Assembly: GCF_018350175.1 (NCBI RefSeq)
Contig: NC_058368.1
Location: 20,338,001 to 20,402,000 of the forward strand
Source: Felis catus
Taxonomy: Eukaryota
Length of the DNA stretch: 64,000 nucleotides
Direction: 5' to 3'
Below, piece after piece: positions 1-12,560 of this stretch. A program made the translations under genes and the position numbers. Numbering within the stretch: the first letter of the stretch is position 1; every line of letters starts with the position of its first letter. The notes beneath the pieces are model-generated. The model was given only the letters and a program-made list of their open reading frames with translations. It did not search any database and was not told the origin of the DNA.

Positions 1-2077
1 CCCCGTAACACCAGGGGGACTTCATCGGCCAGTCTAAGCTCTTTGTTATAGATGCCAGAGCCGCTAAAAGTTTGGAAGGGAGAGGGAGAGAATCAGGTTT
101 GTATTTTAAAAATAGTCATGATAGCAAACACGTATTAAGTGCTTTCTACATGCTTGGTAGATAGTCTTGACAGGTAGCTTTAGGAAAGTGAGGGAGGGCT
201 AGAGGGGGCAAACTCTGCAAAAGCCAGGAAACTGCGAGCGGCTTTTTCGTAACCAAACCAAATTTCAGGAAATATAGGACTATGTGGCCAATGCAAGGTT
301 ACTAACTCTACATCAAAACTCTTTTATTTCAGTGCATGCCATTTTACTCTGATCTTTAGCTTAAGGATGCTACTAAGGCCATAAGTAAACAATTCTATTC
401 TGTTACCACGACGCACTTCAGTGACAGAAGCAGTGAACAGAAGTTCTGGTGTCCGTATGTTCAGCAAGTCCCTCCCAGGAACCCTGGCAGCTGTCATGTT
501 GTTCTCGGGGATCCCAGGGAGTTGTCACTCCTGGGTCAGGGCCTCCCCCCCACTTCTCCGGGACAGAATCTTTGGGGAAAACACCTGTCTTAGGTGAGCT
601 TTGCAAACTGAAAATGGATGAACCTGTTAGTGCCTTATTTAACCCAGCTGAAAACGAGCTAGTTTGTTTTGCTTTGTTTTCTTCTTCTATTCATGGCCTA
701 GCTAACTAGGGACAGAAGGAAAAAAAAAAAAAGCCAAGGATCTTCAATTCAAGTTGGTAAATGCCGTATACGCTACGTGTGGGGGGAGAAAACAAGGGAG
801 TGCAGTGTTTGGAATCAGGTTACTTCACCAGAATGTAACTGGGCTCCACAGTGAGCCAGAAATGACTGCAAGTTGGGACGACAGCGAAAGCCCATTGCTG
901 TAGGGTGTAAGGTCCCAGATTTGGGCTAGGAATGGGTGGAGCCTGCAGGGAAGGCTCGGGCTGGGTCCGCAGGAGTGACTGCCTAGGAAGCCTAACCCCT
1001 TGTGCCCATTCTGGGACTGGACTCTCTTCCTGTCCTCACAGGGCTGCCAAGCCCCGAGATTATAGTCTAAATGTCCTCAACTTTCCAGGAATGAGGCTTT
1101 CTGTAATCTGGGCAGCTCCAGCCCACCCCCAGGGTTACTCCAGAGAGGAAAGGACATCCTTTCCTCCTGGGTCAGAATTCGCATCCTGGATGTTTGCTGA
1201 CTCTGCACAGGGAAATCCTCTGGCGATAGGAGCTGGGTGGAAGCATTTACAATGACATTCATCTCCTTAAAGATACTCGGTCTTTTGTCCCACTCAGGAA
1301 AACCGTGTCGTTGGGAGAAGGCTAATTAGTCCCCAGAGATAAAGGTCTGGGCTACATGTTTGAGTCCAATGAAGCTGTTTCTTTAAGCAGGGCTGGATCA
1401 TAGCACCATTTTCATCCCACCTGTACCCAAGGCTGGGACAGGTGCGCAGAGAGAAGTTCGGCGGAGAAATAGGAGTCGAGCAGCGGGTCTCAGCAAGCAC
1501 AATAAAGCCGGGAATGAAAAATGTCACCCTCTTATAGGATTCTGAAAGAATTTTAGGTGCCGGGTGTCCTATCCTCTTCCCGTCCCCAGCCCCCAGCCCG
1601 GACTCCAGAGAGCTGCGGGGCTAGAATAAAGTCCTCGCAGAAGGTGGAAACAAGTGCAAGCGCATCTCCTAACGATGATCTCAGGGGGGCACCGCATTTG
1701 CCGGGTACTCGACATCATCTCCGCGATAACGGGGGGCAAGGAGGGGCGGGATGTGGTGGTGTGCGGGGGATGGGGGGGGGGTTACTCTGAACCTTGAGTC
1801 CTTCCACTTTCCTCCCCCGGGGGGTGGGGCCCGCCCTGCCCGGGGGCAGCTACGGACCACGCTGCGCTGCCCTCGGGGACCGCCCAGGAGGAAGCCGGCC
1901 CGCCACAGCCCGTCTGCCTTCCACCGGGGGTCCGGCAGAAGGGGCAGCCCGCGCGGCCCCGTCCGGCCCCAGACGCTCCGGTTCTGCCGCGGGGTCCGGG
2001 AAGGTCCCGGGCAGGGAGCAGCCGCAGCGCAACTCGGAGAGCGTCCCCCGCCCACGGCCCGGCCCGGCGCGGCTCAC
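1..2077 (-). other. FAM124A: FAM124A intron 1 (5' part)
   Basis: Begins at the GTGAG donor at 2077. No recognisable next coding exon before the window edge. Confidence 0.85.
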
Positions 2078-2142
2078 CCTCCGGTCTCGGCGCCCGAGTC
2101 CACGCAGTCATCCTCCTCGCCACCGCCCGTTTTGGGGTCCAT
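2078..2142 (-). CDS. FAM124A: FAM124A coding exon 1 (65 nt, 21 codons + 2 nt, phase-2 intron follows; rest of gene lies left of window)
   Basis: Minus strand GCC-ATG-G Kozak start at 2142 gives MDPKTGGGEEDDCVDSGAETG-G, matching the recalled human FAM124A N-terminus (MDPKAGGGGEEDDCVDSGAETGG). It ends at a canonical donor GG|GTGAG (GT at 2077-2076) inside a CpG island. Confidence 0.93.
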
Positions 2143-2729
2143 GGCGCGCTCCCCGCCGCGCTCGGCTGGCGGGCGCCGGCGTGACCCGGGGCGAGCTCCC
2201 TGTGGGCCGCCCCGCCCGACCCCGCCTAGCCTAGCCCGGCCCGAGCTGGCTGGGCTCACTGCGAGCGTCTCGCGGCTCCGGGCTCCGGGAAACAACTCGG
2301 GCGCCAGCCGCGCTCCGCAGCGCCGCGCCGCGCCCTCTCCTGGCGGCGCCCGGCCGCGCACTGGCTGCCGCTCCCCGCCCGGCCCCGCCCCTCGCCGCTC
2401 GGCCGTGTGAGCGTGTGCGTGTGCGCGCGGGGGTGCGCCCGCGTGTGTGCGGGTGAGCGAGGGCACGTGCGCGCGCAAGAGGGTGGGTGCACGGGGCGTG
2501 CGCGCGTGCGCGCGCGTGCCGGCGAGCGAGGGGGTGGGCGCGCGCGCGAGAGGGTGTGTGCCCGGGGTGTGAGCGTGTGCGCGAGCCTGTGCCAGCTCGT
2601 GTTCTGCGCTTCCGTGTGTGGTTTGAGTGCAGGAGCGGGCGAGGCGTGTGAAGTCGCGTGCCCCTTGTTGTGTGATGTGGGTGGTTGGGCGAGGTAGATG
2701 TTTGTCGGTGCGCGCTTGCGACCGCGGGT

Positions 2730-2743
2730 GGTGTGTGAGTGTG

Positions 2744-2783
<40 letters not shown>
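2730..2783. repeat. (TG)n/(CG)n microsatellite at the promoter edge
   Basis: gtgtgtgagtgtgagtgtgagtgtgtgt...gtgcgcgcgcgt. Confidence 0.95.
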
Positions 2784-2784
<1 letters not shown>

Positions 2785-3339
2785 AGGAGCCGCCCCTCTC
2801 GCTTGGGCCCACAGCCCCAGAATTCTGCGTCCCCGGGATTGCCCGAAGGTGCCTGAGCCCCGTAGCTGGGAGCAGCACCGAGGAATAACCCGACCCCGAC
2901 CGCACCGTGAAAGCAAGGAGGGGGATCTGGTTCACTACTGGGACCAATTGGAACACCTAGGTGTTTTCGTATAGTTTCCTGAGAATTGCCAACACTGAAT
3001 TCATTATCGCCTTTCGTAGCGCAGGTCTGAGTGGCTTCCCGCCACCCCACGACACTTACAATCTGTGTCATGCGTTCTTTTGCTATTTTTAAAAAATGCC
3101 TTTAAAAATAAAGACCATTGGATGTACCTGCAGGGGTTGTTGCAGTAAGGGTATGATAATGGATGTTTGTAAAGGACCCCCATCAGCGCCTTGGGGGGAG
3201 GTAATGATCACTCTTGGAGGGGCACACCTCTCCCTAGTAGGTAATGTGAGGCTGAAAGGAAACTCGAGGGGAGGCGTGATGAAAACAATTCGGATTTCAT
3301 TCTGATAGCCCTCTCCAAGGCACTCATTTCTACTTTCTT

Positions 3340-3510
3340 CTGTGTTAAGGCCAAGTTACTTAACTTCTTTGAGCCTTAATTTACTTATCTAAAAGATGGG
3401 GCTATTGATATCTATTTTAGAGCCTGTTGTGAGTTTAATGAGAACATGCATGTAAAAATACTTAGCATCGATCCTGATAATGTCAAGTACTACTCACCGG
3501 CAGCTATTGT
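3340..3510 (+). mobile_element. MIR SINE
   Basis: caagttacttaacttctttgagccttaatttacttatctaaaagatgggg matches the MIR core. Confidence 0.8.
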
Positions 3511-3961
3511 TACATTGAAAGCATGAGCTAGCTACATTTCCAATCCTAACTTGCAAAGCAGTGATAAGCTATATCTTGAAGAGGAATATAATTTCTTTCC
3601 TCTCTCCTTCTCCCCTCTCTTCTGTTCTTCCTTCCTTCCCAACCTAAATATCACTCTTTTTAATTTGTATCTTAATTAAATTACACAAAAGAGAAATCCA
3701 ATTAATAAAAGAATACAAGTGCAACCTCATCAAGAAAACGAGCACAGGTAAATATGCCAACACCAAATCTTAACTGAATTATCTTTGCTGAACATAAAAT
3801 TCTTTGCATGGAAAACAGAAATGGGTGTATTATACTCAATTTGTGCTCATTAGCTGGAAGAAAGAAGAGTGCCAGTACTTTAGGGGAAACTCCCCTCACC
3901 CCACCCTATGTACTGACTTTTAAAAGAAAATTCTCACACGAGGCAAAATTACACTGTGTGA

Positions 3962-4155
3962 GGAGTACCTGAATGGCTCAGTTGGCGTTTGACTTTTAAT
4001 TTTCAGCCCAAGTCAGAATCTCGGTTCGTGAGACTGAGTGCTGCGTTGGGCTCTGTGCCGCCAGCACGGGGCCTGCTTGGGATCCTCCCTCTCCCTCTCT
4101 CTGCCCCTCCTCCACTTGTTCTCTCTCTCTCTCTCAAAATAAATAAACTTAAAAA
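3962..4155 (+). mobile_element. Can-SINE (older subfamily)
   Basis: tRNA-derived head, (CT)n, AATAAA tail, degenerate TSD acactgtgtga/ccactgtgtaa. Confidence 0.85.
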
Positions 4156-4643
4156 AATCCACTGTGTAAGTGATCTGCCCAATGCCATTAATAACCATTT
4201 TCAATGTATCAATTCATTCAATAACTATTTAAATATCAGACAAGAGGGTGAATTCTGGATTCACAAATAAAAGAAAATGGGAACAGATAGGACACCTGCC
4301 ATCACGGGGTTTATAATCCAGAGGGGGAGACTAATTAAATTCCATATGTTAATATAAAACACACAAATGGAGAAAAACACTCCAAGGAGAATGGTGTGTC
4401 CTGAGAGAGAACACAATTTAAGTTGGGGTGTCAAGGAAAGCTCTCTCAGGAAGGGATATTTTAGCCCTCCTCTGCCTCAGGCCCTTTGCACTTGCTCTTC
4501 CTTCTCCCTGGAATACTTTTTCCCAGATTTTCTGCAAGATTCCTGCCACGTGTCCTTCAGGACTATGTTCAGATGGCCCTTTCCTTGGAGAACACTTCCT
4601 AGCTAAACCTGAATCACAGTATCCCCTTATCCTGCTAGTCTTT

Positions 4644-4866
4644 TTTTTTTTAATTTTTTTTTTCAACGTTTATTTATTTTTGGGACAGAGAGAGACAGAG
4701 CATGAACGGGCGAGGGGCAGAGAGAGAGGGAGACACAGAATCGGAAACAGGCTCCAGGCTCCGAGCCATCAGCCCAGAGCCCGACGCGGGGCTCGAACTC
4801 CCGGACCGCGAGATCGTGACCTGGCTGAAGTCGGACGCTTAACCGACTGCGCCACCCAGGCGCCCC
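4644..4866 (-). mobile_element. Young felid Can-SINE (SINEC_Fc type)
   Basis: Near-consensus, CpGs intact, poly(A), perfect 13-bp TSD cctgctagtcttt (4631-4643 / 4867-4879). Confidence 0.95.
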
Positions 4867-7274
4867 CCTGCTAGTCTTTCTTAAAGCTCTACCAGCCATG
4901 GGCGTATGAGAGATTTATTTACTAATTAGCTGCTCTTCCCTCCCCTACCCCCTGAATGCCAGCTCCATGAGAGCAGGGACTCTGTGTAGTTCACTGCCAC
5001 ATCCCCAATATCTGGAGCAATGAATATGTGTCAGTGAATGAAAGGGAAACAGCCCCAGGGTGGAGGCAGGAGTGAGGAGAGCTTTCCAGGTAGCGAGACC
5101 CGGGGTGTGAGGCAGGAGGGGGCGCTAAGCATTCAGCTAGAGTGGAGGAAAGCTGAGTGATGAGAAGAACACCAAGTGGCAAAGGCAGGGAGGCATTTCA
5201 ACGTAAACGCGACATCCCCGGGAGACCATTATAGCCTATGTGCAAAGTAGAAGGACAAATTGTGTCAACGCAACCAGATCTAAAAAACTGATAAGACGGA
5301 CGGAATGTGTAAGTAACAGACATTCTACCGTGTTATCATCCTTAGAGCCGTGAGGAAACCTACTTGGTCAGTTCTGTGTGGGGACGATTCATTTTTGTCC
5401 CCATATGCCACCTCACTTAGTCGTCAGTACAGGTCGCTGAGGTACGTTCAGTTTTTCATCCTACAGTCGAGGAAACTAAGCCTCAGCAAGTCCAGGCGCC
5501 TTGCCCCAGGCCACCCGTGGGTACCAGAGGAGCAGGGTGCCCATTTAATGTGGAAGGAACCTACGTCACCTCACTGGAAGGCCGACCGGTAGGCCAGGCG
5601 CAGCCTCGAAGGATGGCAGGAGACAAGGGCGGAGGAGAAAGGGTGAACTAAGTACGGGCCCAAGAAGGAAGGCCATGGAAAATGGGTGCTCCTTGAATTA
5701 CTTCCGTTTTCCTCCGATATCTCGAAAAAGGTCAGAGCAGGCCAAAAACCCGGGCCGCACCTCAACATGATGCACTGATTCAGGCCCCCTCAACCACGGG
5801 GGCCGCAAGTGCTCCTTATCATTGGCACAAGGGCTCATGGTAACTCAGTGATGCGTTTGTTATCGGGAAGAGAGGTTTGAACGGTAATCGTGGTCCCTCT
5901 GAGCAGCCGTGTCTCAGGTACAGGAGGGCTCCCACGTCAGTCCTCGGGTCTTAGGAGCCCCGTTTGGTTTATTTGGTACAAGAGTCGCCAGCAGGTAATC
6001 AGCGTGAGGACCTTGTGGCAACCACACAGGGGGTGTCTTGCCCGTCACCTGTACATGGTTCCCGGGCTCCACGTCCAGTCGCTGAGCATCGATGGCTTTG
6101 GTCCTGGGGCGCAACGCCCTCCTCCCTCCCCCCTGTAAGATGGGGGCAGGGGAGTATCCGTGGTCTTCTGAAGGTGGTGTGCCTGCTGCCCGAAAGACAT
6201 CAAGTCTGTCTGAGGATGGTGTCACAGGCCAGGAAATGTAAACCCTGGGTTCTGGACCTGAACGTCATGTCACTAGAAGAGAGGGTGCCTCGCAACTCTT
6301 TTAAAAGCTCTTCCCGCATCCCGGGCATTGTGCCAGGGGGCTTTACATACACGATCTCTTTAATCCTCACAAAATTCTCGTGAGGCTTCCTTCGTCCTTA
6401 AACTAGGGCTGTTGGTGTCAATCTCGCAGGAGACTTGAAGCCCTCTAGAAATTGCAAAGCATACCAACACGAGATATCCCTGATTTTTTAATCTCTCTCT
6501 CTCAGACGAATTGAACAGCATTCTCATGTTGTATTTCACCTATAATGCCCATTTCAGTCGCTGTTGATGTTGTTGCCTGTGTCGGTGTGTTAGAAAATAA
6601 GGCCACTGATCCATTTATTTATTGGGCACTCACGGTGTGCCAGGCAGTGGCTGGATGCCAGGGACAGGATGGAGAAGGATCCAGAGGCGGGGCCTGGCCT
6701 AATGGAGCTTTCGAGGTCAGGAGAGGGCAGTTTATCAGGTTCCGGGCCCCCAGGGCAGAGCTGGTTTCCTACCAAGCCTAGCCTCCTTTAGAGGGCCCCT
6801 CAGAGCCCCACAGTGCTCCCGACAGGTGCATGGTGCTGTTGTCACTAGAGTGGGACCGGAATATCAAAGCCCTTAACGGGGGGGGGGGACCTCAAACTAA
6901 TCTGATGGTAAGTAAGAGCATCAATTTTACTGATGGAAGATACAGATTAGTAATTAACAAGGTCACAAGTAATTGGGAGGGGCTGAGGGTTTGGAACAAC
7001 CAGAAGATAAGTAGCTTTAAGAATAAGAACTTGAAGCAATACAGATTGAGAAAGATAAACATTTAAATCTCCCGGGCATGGGATTTGCCTGGGTTTGAGT
7101 TTCAGTTTGGAGGGAAGCTGGGCCACACATTCTGTGAGTGTAAACCTTCTGGACCATTTGCTGTGAGGCCAGCCCAGATCTAAGATAAGCTCTTGAAATG
7201 AAATACTAGTTTAGGTTATCCAGAAGCAAATAGAACGGGAAGGTATGTTGGTCTGGGAAGTTTTGCTCATTCTT

Positions 7275-7493
7275 ATTTATTTATTTAGTTATTTAGTTAA
7301 AGAGAAAGAGAGTGAGTTATTTAGTTAAAGAGAGAGAAAGTGAGAGGGGCTGAGGGAGAGAGAGAGAGAATCTCAAGCAGGATCCATGATCAGCATGGAG
7401 ACTGAAGTAGAGCTCAATCCCACGACCCTGGCATCACGACCTGAGTCAAGGTCAAGAGTCAGATGCTCAACTGACTGAACCACGCAGGCACCC
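7275..7493 (-). mobile_element. Can-SINE (older)
   Basis: Diverged head and GA-rich tail, with a short internal duplication of agttatttagttaaagaga. Confidence 0.85.
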
Positions 7494-8196
7494 TATTCAC
7501 TTTTATTTAATACCTTATTTATAAACCACGTGTTCCAGAAGCAAAAATTTCAGGTTAAAGAGAGATATGGGGTGGGGTAGGGGGTGGGGGGTGGAAATCT
7601 CTTTCTTCCAAGTCTCCGGAAGAGTTTGTCTGATGTGAAAAATAAATATTATGATCATGACAAGAAAAATTATCAACTATTGACAAATCTACTTAGACAA
7701 AGAAAGCCACTAGCCTTACAAGCAAGCATAAGGGGACCAGATGGCCAAGGGATAAAGGAAACTAAAGATAAACCGGTTGAGTTGGAAAATAATCTCATTA
7801 AAGTATAAATGACTCGGCTTGGATAAGGGACAGCAGAGACAGTGGTCTGGCCTGGGAGGCTTCTTAAGACTCTGAGCCTACAGTTCCCGGTGTGAGCTCT
7901 GGAGTTTAAGATCAGACACCCCACGGTATACCCACGGTTACCCCTCCAACCGCCAGGGGTGGCCGAAAAGTGAGACAGGGTGGGGAAAGACCTCTGGAAA
8001 AGTGCTGTGGAAATTCAAAAGTACGATGAAACCCGGGACTCAGGACACTGAAGATAGCCACACCTCCTGGGAATTATGGCCAGGTCACCCATTCATCATC
8101 ATACTAATGATCTAGACTTGGAAAGGTTGGCTGTCTGTCCTCTTCACATTTTGACACTTTCCTTCAGTGACCCAATCTTCCACAGCTCTGACCGCC

Positions 8197-8812
8197 TGCA
8201 TTAATATGCTAGACCTGTCAGGGTCACCTGAGTGGCTCATTCTGTTGAGCGTCTGACTTTGGCTCAGGTCATGATCTCACGGTTCATGAGTTAAAGCCCC
8301 ACATCAGCCTCTCTGCAGTCAGCACAGAGCCCGATTCGGATCCTCTGTCCCCCTCTCTCTCTGCCCCTCCCCTGCTCACACACTCTCTCTCAAAAAGAAA
8401 TAAAAACATTAAAAAAAATCTGCTAGAACTGTTATAATAACGTACCACAGACCAAGTGGCTTAAAGAACAGGAATTTCTTACAGTTCTGGAGGCTACAAG
8501 ACCCGGATCACAGTGGTGATGAGTTTGGTTTTTCCAGAGGTCTCTCTCGTTGGCTTGCACATAGCCACTTTCTCTCTGTGCCCTCACATGGTCATTCTTC
8601 TGTGCGCGCACATTCCTGGTGTCTCTTTCTGTGTCCAAATTTCCTCTTTCTCTAAGGACACCTGTCTGATTGGATTAAGGTCTACCCTAATGGCCTCATT
8701 TTAACTGAATTATTTCTCTAAAGACCTTATCTCTAAATATAGTCACATTCTGGGGTGCTGGGGGTTAGGCTTCGGTCTATGGATTAGAAGGCAAACACTT
8801 GAGCCCATCACA
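8197..8812 (-). mobile_element. MaLR LTR (MLT1A/B-like), interrupted by a SINE
   Basis: gtaccacagaccaagtggcttaaa...tcttacagttctggaggct...ggattaaggtctaccctaatggcctcattttaact match MLT1 antisense. Confidence 0.8.
8221..8417 (+). mobile_element. Can-SINE inserted in MLT1
   Basis: Full head-to-tail SINE, degenerate TSD atatgctagacctgtca/atctgctagaactgtta. Confidence 0.9.
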
Positions 8813-9489
8813 CTGCCTTTGAAGGAGTCTCATGTAGGACGCAGGATAGTCTGTATAATGGGTAAGACTGATGCTGGCCAGACTGCCCAAGTTTAAACTG
8901 TCCCTCCATCACTTTCTAGGTTTGTGATCTGGGGCAAGTAAACTCTCTAAGGGACAGATCCCTTGCTTGTATCTCGGGCATACTTAGGGCTTTGGGAGGA
9001 TGGAGAAGCTACCTCGCAGAGCCTGTGCCTGGTGTGTGAGAAGCATTGGGCGTTATCATCTTGCTCTACAGTCAGCTTCCAAGTCCGTATCTCTCTTTGT
9101 GAGCTCTCTCGGGTTCCATGTATGACCATCCAAATGCCCTTGACTCTCTCCACGCAAATGCCATGCACTCACTCACTCCTCAAAATGATACTGACTTGGG
9201 GATCCTGTAGGATCTGGTCCACATAAGAGAGAGAGAGATCCTGCCTTTGAATCCTGACAGTCATTAGTGGGAGACCCAGGCAAGTAAGCCCTAATCCTCA
9301 ACACGATGTAATGAACGTTATGACAGACGTGTGTGCGGTTCAGTCTAGAAACACGTACAAAATGCTGTTAGAGCCAGTGGACGTGAGTGAACAATACATC
9401 CTGAGCAGCGTGGGAGGGGCGGGGGAAGGAGGGTGAAGTGACAGGGAAAGGTTTCACAGACTAGAAGATGTAGGTTGATTAAGTAGGTG

Positions 9490-9660
9490 GTGTGGATTCA
9501 GGAGTGCCCTTGTTGTGATCAGCACCAGGTGATGTATGGAAGTGTGAATCACTATATTGTACCCCTGAAACTAACACTGTTTATTAGTTTATATATATTA
9601 ATGTTGATGATTAATTTATTAACTAACTGGAATTAAAATAAAAACTTTAAAATAGAATAA
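9490..9660 (+). mobile_element. L1 3' end fragment (carnivore type)
   Basis: gatcagcaccaggtgatgtatggaagtgtgaatcactatattgtacccctgaaact...A-rich tail. Confidence 0.75.
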
Positions 9661-10452
9661 ACTTGCTTCCGTAAAAAAACAAAAAGAAAAAGATGTTTGT
9701 TGAGATTGAAGGAAGAAATAGAGTTCACAGACAGACAGGGGAAGGGCAGAAACCTTGCTTCTCGGAGGCTCCCTTCCCACTCCCTGGACCCCACTTCTGA
9801 GGAGTGGACATTACAGACATCTTGGTTCCTCCCCTGGCCCAACAAGGACCCTAGTATTTGCCCACATTCATCGTTTCTACCCCAACCCTGCCTTCATTTT
9901 CCACCTGCTCCAAACGCAATCGGCAATTCCCAGATACAAATCTATGACTGCCAGTTCCAACCTTCCCACTCTCGTTTCTGTCTCCCGGTCTGTTCCTTAG
10001 CCTCACAAAGACTTCTATTTGCACATCTTTAAGTGAAACCACCCTGAAATGGGTCTGGATAGATCTGCTGCTATCGCCCGACAGCACAGCACTTAACTTT
10101 CATCACTACCGCCTGACTCATGGAATACAGGCAAACACGTCGACGTGACACTTGTCTTTCCAGCCTCATTTCTGTCTCTACCTTCTTTCTACTCCCTGTG
10201 ATGAATCTTTCCTGGTCCATCAACTGCTCTGTATCAGGTACAGCACTGGGCATTGTGAACACACACATGGGGCACAACCCATGCCTTTAAGCAGCTACCA
10301 GCCGTATCCAAGAATTAAAAAGGAACTAGACAGTTTGGAAACCATGCGATAACCTTTCTCAAATCCAAAGCCAGGCTGAGGGAGTTCTCCTTACCTCTTT
10401 GACCTCCCACACCTTTTATGTAACACCTATTGGTGTACTTACCTTGTTCCCT

Positions 10453-10500
10453 TATTTTATTTTATTTTATTTTATTTTATTTTATTTTATTTTATTATTT
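10453..10500. repeat. (TATTT)n pentanucleotide repeat
   Basis: Direct inspection. Confidence 0.95.
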
Positions 10501-10998
10501 TTTTTCCAGAACTATGTCTGGACCCCTGGAGACTTCTGTGAGATATGTTTACAAGTATCATGAACCACAGAATGAGAAGATTGCTCTATTTTTTGGGCTG
10601 CCTGGGGTTGTTGAGCAAAGCTCAGGCTCAGGCAACCACCGTCCTGGGTAGACCAGTAGACAATGCCCTGACCAGACCGGCTGTCCTCAGCATGGCAAGG
10701 ACAAGATCAACTGACCGTATCTTTGGGATTCCCTGACGCTGGCAACGATGCTACTTGCTCTGGTAATGTGGTCATTGTTTTTTTTTTTTATAGTCTAAGA
10801 AACTGACCTTGTCAACACCCACAATGACTACCTTCAAAATATAGTCTTTCCACTTAAGGCTCCTATCCCCTCTAGCCTTCTCAGAAATTGTTCTCTATTG
10901 CTTGCTCCTTCTATCTGTGGTCTCTTCAACCTCTCATGGGTCTCTCCACTGACATTGAAATACACTCATCTCTCTCATGTTGAAAAAGAGAAAGACCA

Positions 10999-11120
10999 GG
11001 GCACCTGGGTGACTCAGGCAGCTACGTGGCTGACCCAATCTCAGCTCAGGTCTTGATCTTAGGGTTATGAGTTAAAGCTTATGTTGGGTCCCATCCTGGG
11101 TGTGAAGCCTACTTAAAAAA
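10999..11120 (+). mobile_element. Short tRNA-derived Can-SINE (old type)
   Basis: gggcacctgggtgactcagg...ctcaggtcttgatcttagggttatgagttaaag...cctacttaaaaaaa. Confidence 0.75.
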
Positions 11121-11182
11121 AGGAAGGAAGGAAGGAAGGAAGGAAGGAAGGAAGGAAGGAAGGAAGGAAGGAAGGAAGGAAG

Positions 11183-11241
<59 letters not shown>

Positions 11242-11243
11242 AA
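11121..11243. repeat. Compound (GAAG)n(GAAA)n tetranucleotide STR in a SINE tail
   Basis: Direct inspection. Confidence 0.95.
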
Positions 11244-11254
11244 AGGAAAGAGAA

Positions 11255-12560
11255 AATCCCCATCCTGTTTAGCTTGTTTACCGCCATGTTTTCTCTCATC
11301 AACTGCCACTCCTCACACAGCACATTTTCGGAAAGCATTATCTCTGTTTACAACCTCTGTTTCCTTTCTACTCTAGGTAGGTTTTCGTTTCCCTAGACAC
11401 TGTTAACTTGTCACTTCTTTTTGGACAGGCTCTTCCCTTGGTATCACACTCCCTAATTTTCTTCCCATCCCTCTGATCACATCTGCTTTGTCTCCCACGC
11501 GGGCTTCCCCCTCGGTCTTCACCGAAGGTCTCAGCTCTGTCCCTAGGCCCCCTTCTCCTCTTCCGTTGCATTCTCTCCCTTGGCCTATGGTTTCAGCTGG
11601 GACTTCTAACATGAATCTCCAGCTCTGACACCTCCTCCGTGCCTCAGGCCTGACCGCCTTACTATCTCTTTGGCATCTTTCTTTGAATGTTTCAAAAGCA
11701 CTTCCAATTAAAGGTATACAAAACTTAGCTCATGATCACCTCCCCCACCCTCACCCCTGCCATGATGCTCCCGTCCCTCATCCCGGTGAAGAGTACCAGC
11801 ATGTATCCTACTCCCCAGCCAGAGATCTAGGGGTCCTCCTTGAAAACTCTCTCTCCCTTACCTGCTTATCAATGCCTCACCAAGTCCTGTCGTTTCTGCG
11901 TGTTAGAGATGCCCTGAAATCTTCGACTTGTCTCCAACTCCACTGCCATCACGTCAGTCCTTTCTTCCTCCTCTCTAGGCTAGCCTCCAAATGGCTCCGC
12001 ACATCCATTTCCCTCTGTCCCATCGAGTCACCATACTCTTCCTGAAGGACAAGCCTGGTGGTGTCACCGCCTCCACAGCCTAAAGGATTGTAATAGTTTC
12101 CTGTTGCTCTTAGGACAGAGACCAGAATGGTACCAAACCTCCAGTCACGTGTCATCACAGCCACCCCTACCCCATTCTCTCTCCACTCTCTGTGCTCCAA
12201 CCGCACCGGCCTTCGTTACCTCCTCAGATGACCAACTGTGCTTCCTCTCCCAGCCTAGAGCATTTGCATACGCTGGTTTCTCTATCTGGAATACTCTTCC
12301 TGGCCCATCTTTACCTACTTGGTCATCATCAGATCACCTGTCAATAATTATTTCCTTCCTGACTAGATGGATCTCCCTATTTATGCCTTCAGAGGGTCTT
12401 AACGAAGAGGTGATTTTGCATTTGGTTTGGTGGTTCCTTGATCATTCCCTTTTTCCACCTGTAAATTACGAGCTCCACGAAGGCTAGGCTATTCTGCTCA
12501 CCCCTGAACCTTCACGGTCTAAAACGGGGCTTCACACGCGGTGAGTGTTACTACAACAGA
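11255..12560 (+). mobile_element. L2 LINE relic
   Basis: Pyrimidine-rich L2 motifs (ttcccttggtatcacactccct, ccagagatctaggggtcctccttg, tctatctggaatactcttcc, taaattacgagctccacgaagg). Confidence 0.75.

Larger units (their letters stand above)
1560..2930. promoter_or_regulatory. FAM124A: CpG island / TATA-less promoter and 5'UTR of FAM124A
   Basis: Very GC-rich with dense unmutated CpG, GC boxes (ccccgccc near 2373-2390), E-box CACGTG at 2464-2469, surrounding the start codon. The TSS cannot be placed exactly (probably ~2250-2400). Confidence 0.9.

Noticed and set aside
2871..2892. REST/RE1-like motif gcagcaccgaggaataacc
   Set aside because: Only the left half-site matches, and the GGACAG right half is degenerate.
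1681..3071. Long ORFs (up to 280 aa) on both strands, including the in-frame extension upstream of the FAM124A ATG
   Set aside because: Stop-codon scarcity in GC-rich island and (CA)n DNA. Low-complexity R/P/G/HT composition and non-ATG starts. Only 2078-2142 is recognisable protein.
4428..4874. Recurrent similar ORFs (e.g. GAPGWRSRLSVRL, MAQSVKRPTSAQ) across the window
   Set aside because: These are translations of Can-SINE copies, not a gene family.
5914..6225. Minus ORF segment DVEPGNHVQV...WLPQGPHADYLLAT vaguely like a retroviral integrase C-terminus
   Set aside because: The resemblance is too weak by eye, with no integrase core motifs or flanking LTRs. It would need tBLASTn/HMM support.
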